NCBI GenBank assembly: GCA_050304335.1
Contig: JBNLDM010000117.1
Location: 44,256 to 108,255 of the forward strand
Reading direction: 5' to 3'
From: Pontiella sp.
Lineage (GTDB): Bacteria > Verrucomicrobiota > Kiritimatiellia > Kiritimatiellales > Pontiellaceae
DNA length: 64,000 nucleotides
The position numbers were made by a program, and so were the translations under genes. Under the pieces are notes generated by a model. It was not told the DNA's origin, ran no database searches, and worked only from the letters and a program-made list of their open reading frames with translations. Below are positions 38,068 through 47,834 of this stretch, piece by piece (positions within the stretch are counted from its first letter, which is position 1; every line of letters starts with the position of its first letter).

Positions 38068-38554
38068 CCTGGGTTCCAACCTCTATAACCGGAAACGGCT
38101 GTTGATGCAGGCGAAAAACCTGCTGTTGTCCGCTCCGCGAACCCGGTTTGTCGACCAGTCGCCGATCTATGAAACCACCCCCGTGGATGTGAAGCCCGAA
38201 TATCAGGACATGCCTTATCTCAATTCGGTGGTGATCGTGGAGAGCGAGCTGCCGCTGGAAAGCTGGTTGTCGTATATCGGCAAGATTGAAAGGATGCTCG
38301 GTCGTGAACGAAGCGAAGATAGAAACGCGCCGCGCCCGATCGATATCGACATCATCTATGCCGGCAGCCAGATCATCGATGGCGGCGGCCTGGAGGTGCC
38401 CCATCCCCGCTGGGCGGAACGGCGTTTCGTGGTCCAGCCTCTGGCCGACGTACGTCCCGAGATGGTGCTCCCCGCAGCGAGCAAACCCGTATCCGACATC
38501 CTCCGGTCACTCCCCATGGACGAAGGCTTGAGCGTGTTTGAGGAGCGGTGGTAG
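38051..38554 (+). CDS. folK: 6-hydroxymethyl-7,8-dihydropterin pyrophosphokinase
   Basis: SLGSN, S.IYET.P, PRPIDIDI, LEVPHPR and R.FV..PL motifs. Confidence 0.94.
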   Translation: MEIGFSLGSNLYNRKRLLMQAKNLLLSAPRTRFVDQSPIYETTPVDVKPEYQDMPYLNSVVIVESELPLESWLSYIGKIERMLGRERSEDRNAPRPIDIDIIYAGSQIIDGGGLEVPHPRWAERRFVVQPLADVRPEMVLPAASKPVSDILRSLPMDEGLSVFEERW

Positions 38555-38560
38555 GTAAAT

Positions 38561-38581
38561 CGTACTGCGTATTACGTATTG
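38561..38581. repeat. 7-bp tandem CGTACTG CGTATTA CGTATTG
   Basis: 38563-38580 matches 7100-7117 at 17/18 nt. Confidence 0.65.
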
Positions 38582-38627
38582 ACCTCACAAGGCGAAGGCC
38601 AGATAACTTCCTTCAATAATCAATGCT

Positions 38628-39419
38628 ATGAAATGGACCGCTGAAAAGCTAAAGGCCCTGAAGGGCGAGAAGAAGATTGCGATGGTCACGGCCTACGATG
38701 CGCTGACGGCGTCGCTGGTCGATGGTGCCGGCATTCCCGGCGTGCTGGTGGGCGACTCGCTTGGAAACACCGTGCTGGGTTATGAAAGCACACTGCCGGT
38801 AAGCATGGCGGACATGCTGCACCACACAGCAGCGGTAGCCCGTGGTGTTCAGGATGCACTGATCATTGCCGACATGCCGTTCATGTCGTACCAGCCATCG
38901 GTTTCCATGGGGCTGGAAAATGCGGGACGCTTCCTCAAGGAGGCGCATGCAGATGCCGTCAAGATCGAAGGCGGTGCGCTGCGTGCGGAACTGATCGATG
39001 CCCTGGTGACGAACGGCATTCCCGTGCTGGGCCACATCGGGCTGACCCCGCAGAGCATCAAGGCGATGGGGGGCTACAAAGTGCAGGGAAAAACCTCGGA
39101 TCAGGCCCGGCAGCTGATGGACGATGCGATGAGCGTCGAGCAGGCCGGCGCTTTCGCCATCGTTTTGGAATGCGTGCCTGCCGAACTGGGCGAAACCATC
39201 TCCAGATCGCTCTCCATTCCGACCATCGGCATCGGCGCCGGATCGGGGTGCGACGGGCAGGTGCTTGTTTTTACCGATCTGCTGGGTATGAGTGACCGGC
39301 CCGTTCCAAGGTTTGTCAGAAAATTCGCCGATCTCAATCCGCTTATCCGCGAAGCCCTTTCCGCCTACAAGGCCGATGTAGAATCCGGAAGTTTCCCTTC
39401 CGCCGAACAAAGCTATTAA
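38628..39419 (+). CDS. panB: Ketopantoate hydroxymethyltransferase
   Basis: TAYD, LVGDSLG, ADMPF, VKIEGG, GHIGLTPQ and IGIGAG..CDGQVLV motifs. Confidence 0.97.
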   Translation: MKWTAEKLKALKGEKKIAMVTAYDALTASLVDGAGIPGVLVGDSLGNTVLGYESTLPVSMADMLHHTAAVARGVQDALIIADMPFMSYQPSVSMGLENAGRFLKEAHADAVKIEGGALRAELIDALVTNGIPVLGHIGLTPQSIKAMGGYKVQGKTSDQARQLMDDAMSVEQAGAFAIVLECVPAELGETISRSLSIPTIGIGAGSGCDGQVLVFTDLLGMSDRPVPRFVRKFADLNPLIREALSAYKADVESGSFPSAEQSY

Positions 39420-39421
39420 TT

Positions 39422-39493
39422 GCCACGAAAAGGCACAGGAAACGCAGAGCCTGTTTGTTGAGTAGTTTTCGTGTCATTTGTGCCCTTTGTGGC
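39422..39493. repeat. 9-bp-period mirror repeat element
   Basis: GCCACGAAAAGGCACAGGAAACGCAGAG...TTTCGTGTCATTTGTGCCCTTTGTGGC. Confidence 0.75.
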
Positions 39494-39505
39494 TATAAAT
39501 CCTGA

Positions 39506-40351
39506 ATGGAAATCATTCGCACACCTGAAGCAATGCAGCAGCGCGCCCTGGAGATGAACCGTCAGGGAATGGTGGTCGGGTTTGTGCCCACGATGGGGTT
39601 CCTGCACGAGGGCCATCTCTCACTTTTACGCATCGCGCGGAAGCAGAGTGATCTGCTGGTCGTGAGCATATTCGTCAACCCTGCCCAGTTTGGCCCGAAC
39701 GAAGATCTCGAGGCCTATCCGCGCGACTTCGAGCGCGACGAAGCACTTTGTGCACAGGAGGGTGCCGATATCGTGTTCTATCCTGAACCGGGTAACATGT
39801 ATGCGGCCGATGCCAGCGTATGGGTGGATGAGGAGGCGCTATCCGGAGTGCTGTGCGGGGCATCGCGTCCGGGCCATTTCCGGGGGGTCTGCACGGTGGT
39901 CGCCAAGCTTTTCAATCTGGTGCAGCCGGACGTTGCCGTATTCGGGGAAAAGGATGCGCAGCAGCTGCGCATCATCGAGCGCATGGTGCGCGATCTGAAT
40001 TTTCCCGTTACGATCGTCCGCGGTCCGATTGTGCGCGAACCGGACGGCCTGGCCATGAGTTCCCGCAACAAGTATCTCTCCGGAATGCAGCGCAAAAACG
40101 CCCTGTGTCTGAAGCAGTCGCTTGATAAGGTTGTGCAGCTGGTTGAGCAGGGGGAACGGCAGGTGTCCATATTGTCTGCGGCTATGACCTCCATGATCGG
40201 GAAAACTCCCGAAGCGGAAGTCGATTACATCGAGTTTGTCGATGATGGATCTCTGGCCAGGGTTGAACGTATCAACGGCCGGATTCTGGTTGCGCTGGCG
40301 GTAAAAATCGGTTCAACGAGACTGATCGACAACGTCCTTCTAGAAGTCTAG
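39506..40351 (+). CDS. panC: Pantoate-beta-alanine ligase
   Basis: VPTMGFLHEGH, SIFVNP.QF, RPGHF.GV, FGEKD.QQ, GLAMSSRN and RLIDN motifs. Confidence 0.97.
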   Translation: MEIIRTPEAMQQRALEMNRQGMVVGFVPTMGFLHEGHLSLLRIARKQSDLLVVSIFVNPAQFGPNEDLEAYPRDFERDEALCAQEGADIVFYPEPGNMYAADASVWVDEEALSGVLCGASRPGHFRGVCTVVAKLFNLVQPDVAVFGEKDAQQLRIIERMVRDLNFPVTIVRGPIVREPDGLAMSSRNKYLSGMQRKNALCLKQSLDKVVQLVEQGERQVSILSAAMTSMIGKTPEAEVDYIEFVDDGSLARVERINGRILVALAVKIGSTRLIDNVLLEV

Positions 40352-40456
40352 AGGATTGTCAATGAAACGCTTGCGAATCGCCGGTTATTTTTCACATGTT
40401 TTTGTTTGAAAGCCTAGGGCACATCGTTACATTGAAGGCCGCTTTTGGGAATGAAG

Positions 40457-40530
40457 GGTGCGGTAGCCAAGTGGTTAGGCACTGGATTGCAAATCCATGA
40501 ACATCGGTTCGAATCCGATCCGCACCTCCA
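40457..40530 (+). tRNA. tRNA-Cys (GCA)
   Basis: Acceptor GGTGCGG/CCGCACC, D arm GCC..GGC, anticodon loop TTGCAAA, T arm ATCGG-TTCGAAT-CCGAT, U73 discriminator and encoded CCA. Confidence 0.95.
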
Positions 40531-40561
40531 ATTTTTCAGGTCGTTAATCAGGAGAAATATC

Positions 40562-40945
40562 ATGTCGATTCCGCAGGATCTGTTCTACACCAAGACCCAC
40601 GAGTGGGTATCTCTCGATAATGGCATCGCCACCATCGGTATCACCGACTTCGCTCAAAGCCAGCTTTCCGATCTGACGTTCGTGGAACTACCCGATGTCG
40701 GTGCCGAGTTCGGAGCCGGCGACGAGGCCGCCGTGGTTGAATCCGTGAAGGCGGCCGCCGATGTATATGCGCCCGTTGCCGGCGAAGTCGTCGAAGTGAA
40801 TGCGGATCTCGAAGACAGTCCCGAACTGATCAACAAGGACGCCTTCGGTGACGGTTGGCTCTTCAAGCTCAAGGTGGTCGATGAATCCGAGGTGGACAGC
40901 CTGCTCGACCCCGAGTCGTACGAAGACCTGTGTCCCGAGGATTAA
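40562..40945 (+). CDS. gcvH: Glycine cleavage system H protein
   Basis: YTKTHEWV, GITDFAQ, VESVKAAAD lipoyl-Lys and GWLFK motifs. Confidence 0.96.
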   Translation: MSIPQDLFYTKTHEWVSLDNGIATIGITDFAQSQLSDLTFVELPDVGAEFGAGDEAAVVESVKAAADVYAPVAGEVVEVNADLEDSPELINKDAFGDGWLFKLKVVDESEVDSLLDPESYEDLCPED

Positions 40946-40966
40946 TCAATCCGGCAGACAGGAGTG

Positions 40967-40993
40967 AAGGAGGATGCGAATCCTCCTTTTTTT
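40967..40993 (+). terminator. Rho-independent terminator after gcvH
   Basis: AAGGAGGAT-GCGA-ATCCTCCTT followed by a T tract. Confidence 0.85.
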
Positions 40994-41006
40994 GTGTGTG
41001 AAGAAT

Positions 41007-41078
41007 TAACCACAACAAGCACAAGGGTCGAAAAATGATCATGGATGGATTTTGAGCCTTCTGCGCAGCTTGCGGTAA
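41007..41078. repeat. 9-bp-period mirror repeat element
   Basis: TAACCACAACAAGCACAAGGGTCGAAAAAT...ATTTTGAGCCTTCTGCGCAGCTTGCGGTAA. Confidence 0.65.
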
Positions 41079-41090
41079 TCTTTTTTTAAT

Positions 41091-41795
41091 ATGAATGCAT
41101 GGTCAGTCAGTTTCAGCGAGCCGGTTCCGTATCAACGCGGACTGGACATGCAGCATCGACTGCTGACGGCACGGCAGGCGGACCTCATTCCCGATACGGT
41201 GTTGATCCTGCAGCACACACCGGTGGTCACGCTGGGCAATCGCGGGCGCGACAACTACCTGCTCAAGACCGAAGCGGAATACCGCGAGCTGGGCATCGAC
41301 GTGTTCCATGCCGAACGCGGTGGTGACGTCACCTTCCATGGGCCGGGACAATGGGTGCTCTATCCGATCCTCTATCTGGGCGGCAACGAAGCGGACTCGC
41401 ACGGGTACCTGAACAATCTCGAGGAGATCGCGATCCGCACTCTTGGCGACTACGGGATCGAGGGCTTCCGGCGCGAAGGCAAGTCGGGGGCGTGGACCGA
41501 GGCAGGCAAAGTGGCGGCCATTGGCTTCCGGCTTAAGAAATGGGTCTCCTTCCATGGCATGAGCTTCAACGTCTGTAACGATCTGTCGGGATTCGAAACC
41601 ATCGTGCCCTGCGGGCTCGTTGGCGAACCCGTCGCTACGGTCAAAGCCATCCTTGGAGACGACTGTCCGCGAATGGAGCAGGTCCGCGATTCGCTGCTTA
41701 ACCATTTTTCCGCCGTCTGCAACCGCAATTTGGAGCGGTTTGAATCCGATGGGGTAATGCCCGCTGATTTGCTTGGGTTTTTGCGTGATCAATGA
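41091..41795 (+). CDS. lipB: Lipoyl(octanoyl) transferase
   Basis: H.PV.TLG, RGGDVTFHGPGQ, KVAAIG, HG.S.N and IVPCG motifs. Confidence 0.94.
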   Translation: MNAWSVSFSEPVPYQRGLDMQHRLLTARQADLIPDTVLILQHTPVVTLGNRGRDNYLLKTEAEYRELGIDVFHAERGGDVTFHGPGQWVLYPILYLGGNEADSHGYLNNLEEIAIRTLGDYGIEGFRREGKSGAWTEAGKVAAIGFRLKKWVSFHGMSFNVCNDLSGFETIVPCGLVGEPVATVKAILGDDCPRMEQVRDSLLNHFSAVCNRNLERFESDGVMPADLLGFLRDQ

Positions 41796-41862
41796 GTCAT
41801 AAACTCGATTGATCAAGGCGTAAGCCATCAGGGTTGTGCAAACGGCTAAAAGGGGTACTGCA

Positions 41863-43548
41863 ATGAGTAGGCTGACGACATGTTGCTTCATACTGTCTTT
41901 CATCCAGCTATCCGGCGTATTTGCGCAGGAGTATTGCGGGAAGCTGGGCGTCGAGGCGGCCGGGGATGCTTTTGTGGATGTGGTCCGGCAAAGCTACCGC
42001 TGGACGGATGCGGAGGGGAAACCCCTCACAACCGAAGAGGTCGATGAACAGGGCTGGCCTCAGGTCGATTGTCGATGGATCATCGACTTCCGGCCCGTCG
42101 CGGAGTGGGCGGGCTCCATCGACGACCCGGAAGCCTACCGCATTGACCGAAGCGGGACTTACCTGGGTTCCTTTCAGGGGGCGGCCGAGCTCATTGTTTC
42201 CGGGGGTACCTTTTCGATTGCCAACCGGAAATATGATTCACGTTCGAATATCACTACCTTTGAATTGATCATCCCCAAACCCGGTCCGCAGCATGGACTC
42301 GTTGTGCTGGGATTCAAGAACACCCGGAGAACGCCTGCAGCAGCCGCCAACTCCGGGATCCGCGATTTCCGACTCCTTCATCCCGGCTATGCACGCGACG
42401 GCACAAAGCTCTTCACGGACGCGTATTTGGCGTGCTTGAAGAGCGCTGATTTCTCCACCATCCGGTTCATGGGCGTGCTGGATACCAATGGGAATGTCGA
42501 ATGGGGCAAGGATCACACCCGAAACCAGACATGGAATCACAGGAAGCTGCCAGGCGATGCCGCCGTGACCCGCATGGACAGCATAAATAAGAAAGACGGC
42601 TGGCCATGGGAGTATGTCATCGAGCTGTGCAATCAGGCGGGGATGGATCCTTGGATCAATATCCCGGTCTCGGCCGATGATGACTACATTCTGCAGCTGG
42701 CAAAGCTCTTCAGGGAGCGGCTGAATCCGGCGCGCGCGATCTACATTGAGCATAGCAATGAAATGTGGAACTGGGGCTTCAAGCAGTATTCGTGGAACAA
42801 GGCCCGTGCCGCCGAGGAGGTCAAAGACGGCTCGGTGCAGTATGACTATGATCATACTGATAATCCCGAGTTGCTGGGCCAGCGTCGGCATGCCCAGCGC
42901 GTAAAGGACAGTGTCGCTATCTTTGCATCGGTCTTCGGGAAGGAAGAGATTAACCGGCGGCTTCGAGGCGTTCTTTCCGGCCATTCGGCCGATCCAAACG
43001 GCTATTTCATGTGCGGGCGTTTGACCGGTATGCTCGAGTACCTGCGTGCAACGGGCAGTGATCCGAAGAAATGGATCTATGCCATTTCGATCCCGCTCTA
43101 TTACGGCGGTCCCCTGGCCAGCGGGAAAAAGGGCAGTGAATCGGCCACCGTAGATGAAATCCTCGAATCCATGCGGCAATCGGTTATTGATCAAAAGGCT
43201 CAACGGCTGGCCGTGGTGCATCTTGCCGAGGAGTATGGTCTTCCCGGCGGTTTCTGTTCCTATGAAGGCGGGCCGGGCATCGGTGTGGGAAACCAGGTGA
43301 ATCTGGCAAACCGGATACAAGCTGTTCGCGATCAACGACAGCGGGATATTTATAAGCTGAACTTTGCCGAAGGCTTCTGGGATCTCGGCGGCAATCTGGC
43401 CATGCAATTCACTTTGGCGGGACCCTATACCCGTTATGGGACGTGGGGGCTGACCGATGACATCAGCAATCCCGACCGGAATTCGCTATTCCAGGCGGTC
43501 AGGGAACTCATAGGGCCCTGTCCGAAAGAGAAAGATCATCATCGGTAG
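41863..43548 (+). CDS. Exported uncharacterised glycoside-hydrolase-like (clan GH-A-like) protein
   Basis: Signal peptide; IRFM, G.PWEY.IELCN, PWINIP, EHSNEMWN and YEGG motifs. Confidence 0.65.
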   Translation: MSRLTTCCFILSFIQLSGVFAQEYCGKLGVEAAGDAFVDVVRQSYRWTDAEGKPLTTEEVDEQGWPQVDCRWIIDFRPVAEWAGSIDDPEAYRIDRSGTYLGSFQGAAELIVSGGTFSIANRKYDSRSNITTFELIIPKPGPQHGLVVLGFKNTRRTPAAAANSGIRDFRLLHPGYARDGTKLFTDAYLACLKSADFSTIRFMGVLDTNGNVEWGKDHTRNQTWNHRKLPGDAAVTRMDSINKKDGWPWEYVIELCNQAGMDPWINIPVSADDDYILQLAKLFRERLNPARAIYIEHSNEMWNWGFKQYSWNKARAAEEVKDGSVQYDYDHTDNPELLGQRRHAQRVKDSVAIFASVFGKEEINRRLRGVLSGHSADPNGYFMCGRLTGMLEYLRATGSDPKKWIYAISIPLYYGGPLASGKKGSESATVDEILESMRQSVIDQKAQRLAVVHLAEEYGLPGGFCSYEGGPGIGVGNQVNLANRIQAVRDQRQRDIYKLNFAEGFWDLGGNLAMQFTLAGPYTRYGTWGLTDDISNPDRNSLFQAVRELIGPCPKEKDHHR

Positions 43549-43554
43549 GTTGCC

Positions 43555-44316
43555 CTAATACTCCACGCTCCAGGTCTGGACCTGTTCCAGACAGTGGCGG
43601 GCGGTGAGGTCGATGTGAATGGGCGTGAGGGAGACGTATCCGTTGCTCACCAGACGTTCGTCCGTCTCGGCGTTGTCGTCGAGCATCTTCATGTCACCGT
43701 CTAGCCAGTAGTATTTGTTGCCGCGCGGATCGCGGTGTTCCGTGAATTTTTCGATGAAGCGGGAGCGGCCCATCTGTCCGGCCCTCATTCCCTTGATCTC
43801 GTCGTACGGCAGGTTGGGAATGTTGACGTTCAGCAGCACGCCATCCGGAAGCGGGTTGGCCACGACCTTGGCCACGATATCCGCCGCGACGCGGGCGGCG
43901 GTTTCCCACTGCGGATCCTGATAGGTGCAGAGGGAGAGGGCAATGGCGGGTACCCCGAGAATGGCGGCTTCGCTGGCGGCCGAAACGGTGCCGGAGTAGA
44001 GGACACTGATGCCGGTGTTCGAACCCAGGTTAATGCCGCTGACCACAAGCTCCGGAGGATGATCCTTATGGAGGAAGCTGACGGCAAGCTTGACGCAATC
44101 GGCCGGGGTGCCGTCGACGGCAATGCCCGACAGCCCGTTCTCGTTTTCGACGGGCATCGTGCGGATAGGGTCGTAGATGGTGATGGCGTGGCCGGCGGCA
44201 CTGCGCTCGGTGGCGGGTGCGCAGACGTGCAGATCTCCAAGATGGGCGATGGCCTGGTGTAGCTCTGCTATACCGCGCGCATGGATGCCGTCGTCGTTGC
44301 ACAGAAGAATTTTCAT
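43555..44316 (-). CDS. surE: 5'/3'-nucleotidase SurE
   Basis: ILLCNDDG, GTPADCV, SGIN.G.N, YSGTV.AA and LNVNIP motifs. Confidence 0.96.
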   Translation of the reverse strand: MKILLCNDDGIHARGIAELHQAIAHLGDLHVCAPATERSAAGHAITIYDPIRTMPVENENGLSGIAVDGTPADCVKLAVSFLHKDHPPELVVSGINLGSNTGISVLYSGTVSAASEAAILGVPAIALSLCTYQDPQWETAARVAADIVAKVVANPLPDGVLLNVNIPNLPYDEIKGMRAGQMGRSRFIEKFTEHRDPRGNKYYWLDGDMKMLDDNAETDERLVSNGYVSLTPIHIDLTARHCLEQVQTWSVEY

Positions 44317-44415
44317 GTACCGCAATATGAAGAGCTCGCGTAGAAACATCAATGCCGATAAAAACAAACCTGCATTTCGAGTGCATTGCACGTTCGTTGT
44401 TGCCATTGTTTAACC

Positions 44416-45153
44416 ATGAATATGATTCTACTCCAGCCTGCGGAGGTGGACGCCAAAGGCGTTTGCCGGCTGCATGGCAAGCGTGCGCAGCATATCCGGA
44501 AAGTACTCCGGGCGGAAGTCGGAAAATCCCTGCGGATCGGCTTGATGAACGGGACGTTCGGCTTCGGGGTCGTGGAGCATCTGGATGGACATACCGTTGC
44601 GCTGCATTGCACATTCGAGGAGCTGCCGCCTCCGGCGCCGCGCATTGACGTGCTCCTCGCCATGCCGAGGCCCAAGGTGATGAAGAGGCTATGGGCGCAG
44701 CTGGCTGCGCTTGGGGTGGGACGGGTCGTGCTGCTGCGGGCCGACAAGGTGGAGCGGTACTACTTCGACAGTCACGTGCTGGATCCGGATTACTACAACG
44801 AACGCCTGATGGAGGGATTGCAGCAGGCCCGCTGCACCCATCTGCCCGAGGTACTGGTCCGACCGCTGTTCAAGCCGTTTGTGGAGGATGAGCTGGCCGG
44901 GTTGTTCCCCGATTCACTGAAACTTCTGGCGGATCCATCCGGACAGCGGAGACTCGGTGAGCTGCTTGCTTCCGAGACGTGTCCCGGACGGGTGCTGCTG
45001 GCGATTGGTCCCGAGGGCGGGTGGGTCCCGTTTGAGCTCGACCTGCTTGTTAAACATGGGTTCCGGCTGATCGGAATGGGCCGGCGGATCCTGCGGACGG
45101 ATACGGCTGCAATTTCCATGATTGCAACCATTAACGAATATATCCAGGCGTAG
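44416..45153 (+). CDS. rsmE: 16S rRNA m3U1498 methyltransferase
   Basis: H...VLR, LGV, IGPEGGW and GRRILRTDTA motifs. Confidence 0.88.
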   Translation: MNMILLQPAEVDAKGVCRLHGKRAQHIRKVLRAEVGKSLRIGLMNGTFGFGVVEHLDGHTVALHCTFEELPPPAPRIDVLLAMPRPKVMKRLWAQLAALGVGRVVLLRADKVERYYFDSHVLDPDYYNERLMEGLQQARCTHLPEVLVRPLFKPFVEDELAGLFPDSLKLLADPSGQRRLGELLASETCPGRVLLAIGPEGGWVPFELDLLVKHGFRLIGMGRRILRTDTAAISMIATINEYIQA

Positions 45154-45302
45154 AATCCTCAGGCGTACGAACTCGGATTCAATATAAATACCCCTTTTTT
45201 ATACGTATTTATCATTCGCTTCTTGTAATTCACCATTTATATCGATATTAATATATCGGATTCGGGTGGGGGGACTGTGCAGAAATTTACAGGAGGCTGA
45301 CC

Positions 45303-47117
45303 ATGAAGGAGCTACACCGGCAAATTGCAGATATCTGCTCGAAATACGGCAATGACCGCGCGCGCATGATGGACATTGTCCGGGACGTGCAGCATGCATT
45401 GGGTCATGTTCCGCCCGAGGCGTTTGATATGATCGCCGGCGAAGCGAAGACCCATCGCGTCGAAGTCGAAAGCGTCGTCTCATTCTACGCTTTCCTGTCC
45501 GACAAGCAAAAAGGCCAGGTCGTGTTGAGATTGTGCGACGACATTATCGATCGTTTCCAGGGTGGAGACGACGTCGGAGAGGCACTCAGCCGGGAGCTGG
45601 GAATCGGTTTCGGTGAAACGACGCCGGATGGAATCATCACGCTCGAAAAAACACCCTGCATCGGCATGAGCGACCAGGCGCCGGCCATGATGGCGAACGA
45701 TACCGTGGTTACCCGGCTCAGGCCGGAGCGGATACCGCAGCTGGTGAAACAGCTGCGTAAGAATGCTGACCCGCAGGCATTGGTGACGGAGCTGGGTGAC
45801 GGCAGCAACGCCGATCCCCTGGTTCAGGCCATGGTGAACAACAATATCTGCGAGTCCGGGCCCGTGATACTCTCCGACTACCGCCGGGAGGCCGGCCTGC
45901 GCAAGGCGCTGACCCAGACTCCGGAAGAGGTCATCGAAGACATGAAGATCTCCGGTTTGCGCGGCCGTGGCGGAGCCGGGTTCATGACGGGTCTCAAGTG
46001 GGAACTGACACGCATGTCGCCCGGCGAGGACAAGTTCGTATTGTGCAACGCCGACGAAGGTGAGCCGGGCACGTTCAAAGACCGCGTTCTGCTGACGGAG
46101 CGGGCCGATCTTATGCTGGAGGGCATGACCATTGCGGCCTACGCCATCGGTGCTGAAAGCGGCATTATCTATCTGCGGGGGGAATACGCCTATCTGCGCG
46201 CATTCCTCGAAGACAAAATGAACCGCCGCCGCGAAGCAAACCTGCTCGGTAACAAGATTCTCGGCAAGGAAGGGTTCAATTTCGATGTGCGTATCCAGAT
46301 GGGTGCGGGGGCGTATGTATGCGGCGAGGAAACCTCGCTTATCAGTTCGTGCGAAGGCACGCGCGGGGATCCCACGGACCGCACGCCGTTCCCGGTCGTC
46401 AAGGGCTACATGGTTTCGCCGACCGCCGTGAACAATGTCGAGAGCTACTGCTGCGCCGCCCGCATCATGGACAAGGGACCCGGGTGGTTTGCCTCCATCG
46501 GTACGCCGCGCAGTACCGGCACCAAGCTGCTCAGTGTCTGCGGCGATTGCGAGCGTCCCGGTATTTACGAGGTTCCCTTCGGGACCCGGCTGCGCGAGGT
46601 GATCGAGCGCGCCGGCGCGGATGACGTTGCGTGCGTATGCGTCGGCGGGCCTTCGGGGCAGATGGTCGGCCCGGCGCAGTTTGACCTGGGGATCAGCTAC
46701 GAGGAACTGTCCACCGGGGGATCCATGATGGTGTTCAGCAACCAGCGCGACATCCTGGAGGTGGCGACTGCGTTCATGGAGTTCTTTGTGGATGAGAGCT
46801 GCGGATACTGCGCACCGTGCAGGGTCGGAAACGTTCTGCTGAAAAGCCGGCTCGAACGCGTCCGTGCCGGGGAGGGGACCAAGGGGGATCTCGTGTATCT
46901 CCAGAAACTGGGTGAGAGCGTCAGGTTCATGAGCCGCTGCGGGCTGGGGCAGACTTCGCCCAACCCGATCCTGTCCACCCTGCAGAACTTCCGGCCCGTC
47001 TATAACGCCCTGGTAAAGGACGACAAGGACGGGATGAACAAGTCGTTCCACATCATGAAGGCCGTTGAACAGGCCAGCGCCATAGCCGGCCGCCGGTCGG
47101 AAATCTTTCACGCCTAG
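45303..47117 (+). CDS. hoxF: NAD-reducing hydrogenase diaphorase subunit (NuoE-like/NuoF-like fusion)
   Basis: SGLRGRGGAGF, CNADEGEPGTFKDR, GAYVCGEE, ESCG.C.PCRVG and SRCGLGQ motifs. Confidence 0.92.
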   Translation: MKELHRQIADICSKYGNDRARMMDIVRDVQHALGHVPPEAFDMIAGEAKTHRVEVESVVSFYAFLSDKQKGQVVLRLCDDIIDRFQGGDDVGEALSRELGIGFGETTPDGIITLEKTPCIGMSDQAPAMMANDTVVTRLRPERIPQLVKQLRKNADPQALVTELGDGSNADPLVQAMVNNNICESGPVILSDYRREAGLRKALTQTPEEVIEDMKISGLRGRGGAGFMTGLKWELTRMSPGEDKFVLCNADEGEPGTFKDRVLLTERADLMLEGMTIAAYAIGAESGIIYLRGEYAYLRAFLEDKMNRRREANLLGNKILGKEGFNFDVRIQMGAGAYVCGEETSLISSCEGTRGDPTDRTPFPVVKGYMVSPTAVNNVESYCCAARIMDKGPGWFASIGTPRSTGTKLLSVCGDCERPGIYEVPFGTRLREVIERAGADDVACVCVGGPSGQMVGPAQFDLGISYEELSTGGSMMVFSNQRDILEVATAFMEFFVDESCGYCAPCRVGNVLLKSRLERVRAGEGTKGDLVYLQKLGESVRFMSRCGLGQTSPNPILSTLQNFRPVYNALVKDDKDGMNKSFHIMKAVEQASAIAGRRSEIFHA

Positions 47118-47126
47118 GAGGACGCC

Positions 47127-47834
47127 ATGAACGATACCGTGAAAATCACAATCGACGGCAGGGAAATCGAGGCCCGGCCGAATCAGACGATCCTTGAGGC
47201 TGCCGATGCAGTAGGCATCTATATTCCGCGTCTCTGTTCGCATCCCGAGCTGAAACCGATCGGAAGCTGCCGGATGTGTACCGTAAAGGTGGACGGCCGC
47301 CCGCAGGCCGCCTGCGTCAAGCCGGTCATGGAGGGGATGGTGATCGAGAACAATACGCCCGAGCTGCTGCAGCACCGCCGGAACATCATCGATATGATGT
47401 TTGTGGAGGGAAACCATTTCTGCATGTTCTGCGAAAAGAGCGGCAACTGCGAACTGCAGGCACTGGCCTACCGTTTCGGGATCACCGCTCCGCAGTATCC
47501 CTTCCAGTTCCCCGAGAAACAGCTCGATGCCACGCATCCCGATATCATACTCGACCACAACCGCTGCGTGATGTGCGCGCGCTGCGTACGGGCCTCGAAG
47601 GAACTTGACGGAAAGAATGTGTTCCAGTCGATCGGGCGCGGCTTTTCGCGGAAGATCGGGGTGAACGGGGAGCGTTCACTGGGGGATACCGATATGGCGG
47701 TGACGGATCGCGCTGCCGGAATCTGTCCCGTCGGATGCATACTCAAGAAGCGGGTCGGCTTTGAAAAACCGATCGGACAGCGGCTGTACGACACGAAGCC
47801 GATCGGCTCGGAAATCGAGGAGGTACGGTCATGA
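47127..47834 (+). CDS. hoxU: NAD-reducing hydrogenase Fe-S subunit
   Basis: IPRLC, CRMC..AAC, HFCMFCEKSGNCELQ, RCVMCARC and CPVG motifs. Confidence 0.92.
   Translation: MNDTVKITIDGREIEARPNQTILEAADAVGIYIPRLCSHPELKPIGSCRMCTVKVDGRPQAACVKPVMEGMVIENNTPELLQHRRNIIDMMFVEGNHFCMFCEKSGNCELQALAYRFGITAPQYPFQFPEKQLDATHPDIILDHNRCVMCARCVRASKELDGKNVFQSIGRGFSRKIGVNGERSLGDTDMAVTDRAAGICPVGCILKKRVGFEKPIGQRLYDTKPIGSEIEEVRS

Noticed and set aside
40445-40561. N-terminal extension of the gcvH ORF
   Set aside because: It overlaps tRNA-Cys; the real start is ATG 40562 after a GGAG RBS
40457-43548. tRNA-Cys as an island integration site
   Set aside because: No integrase and no duplicated tRNA 3' end seen; housekeeping gcvH and lipB follow directly
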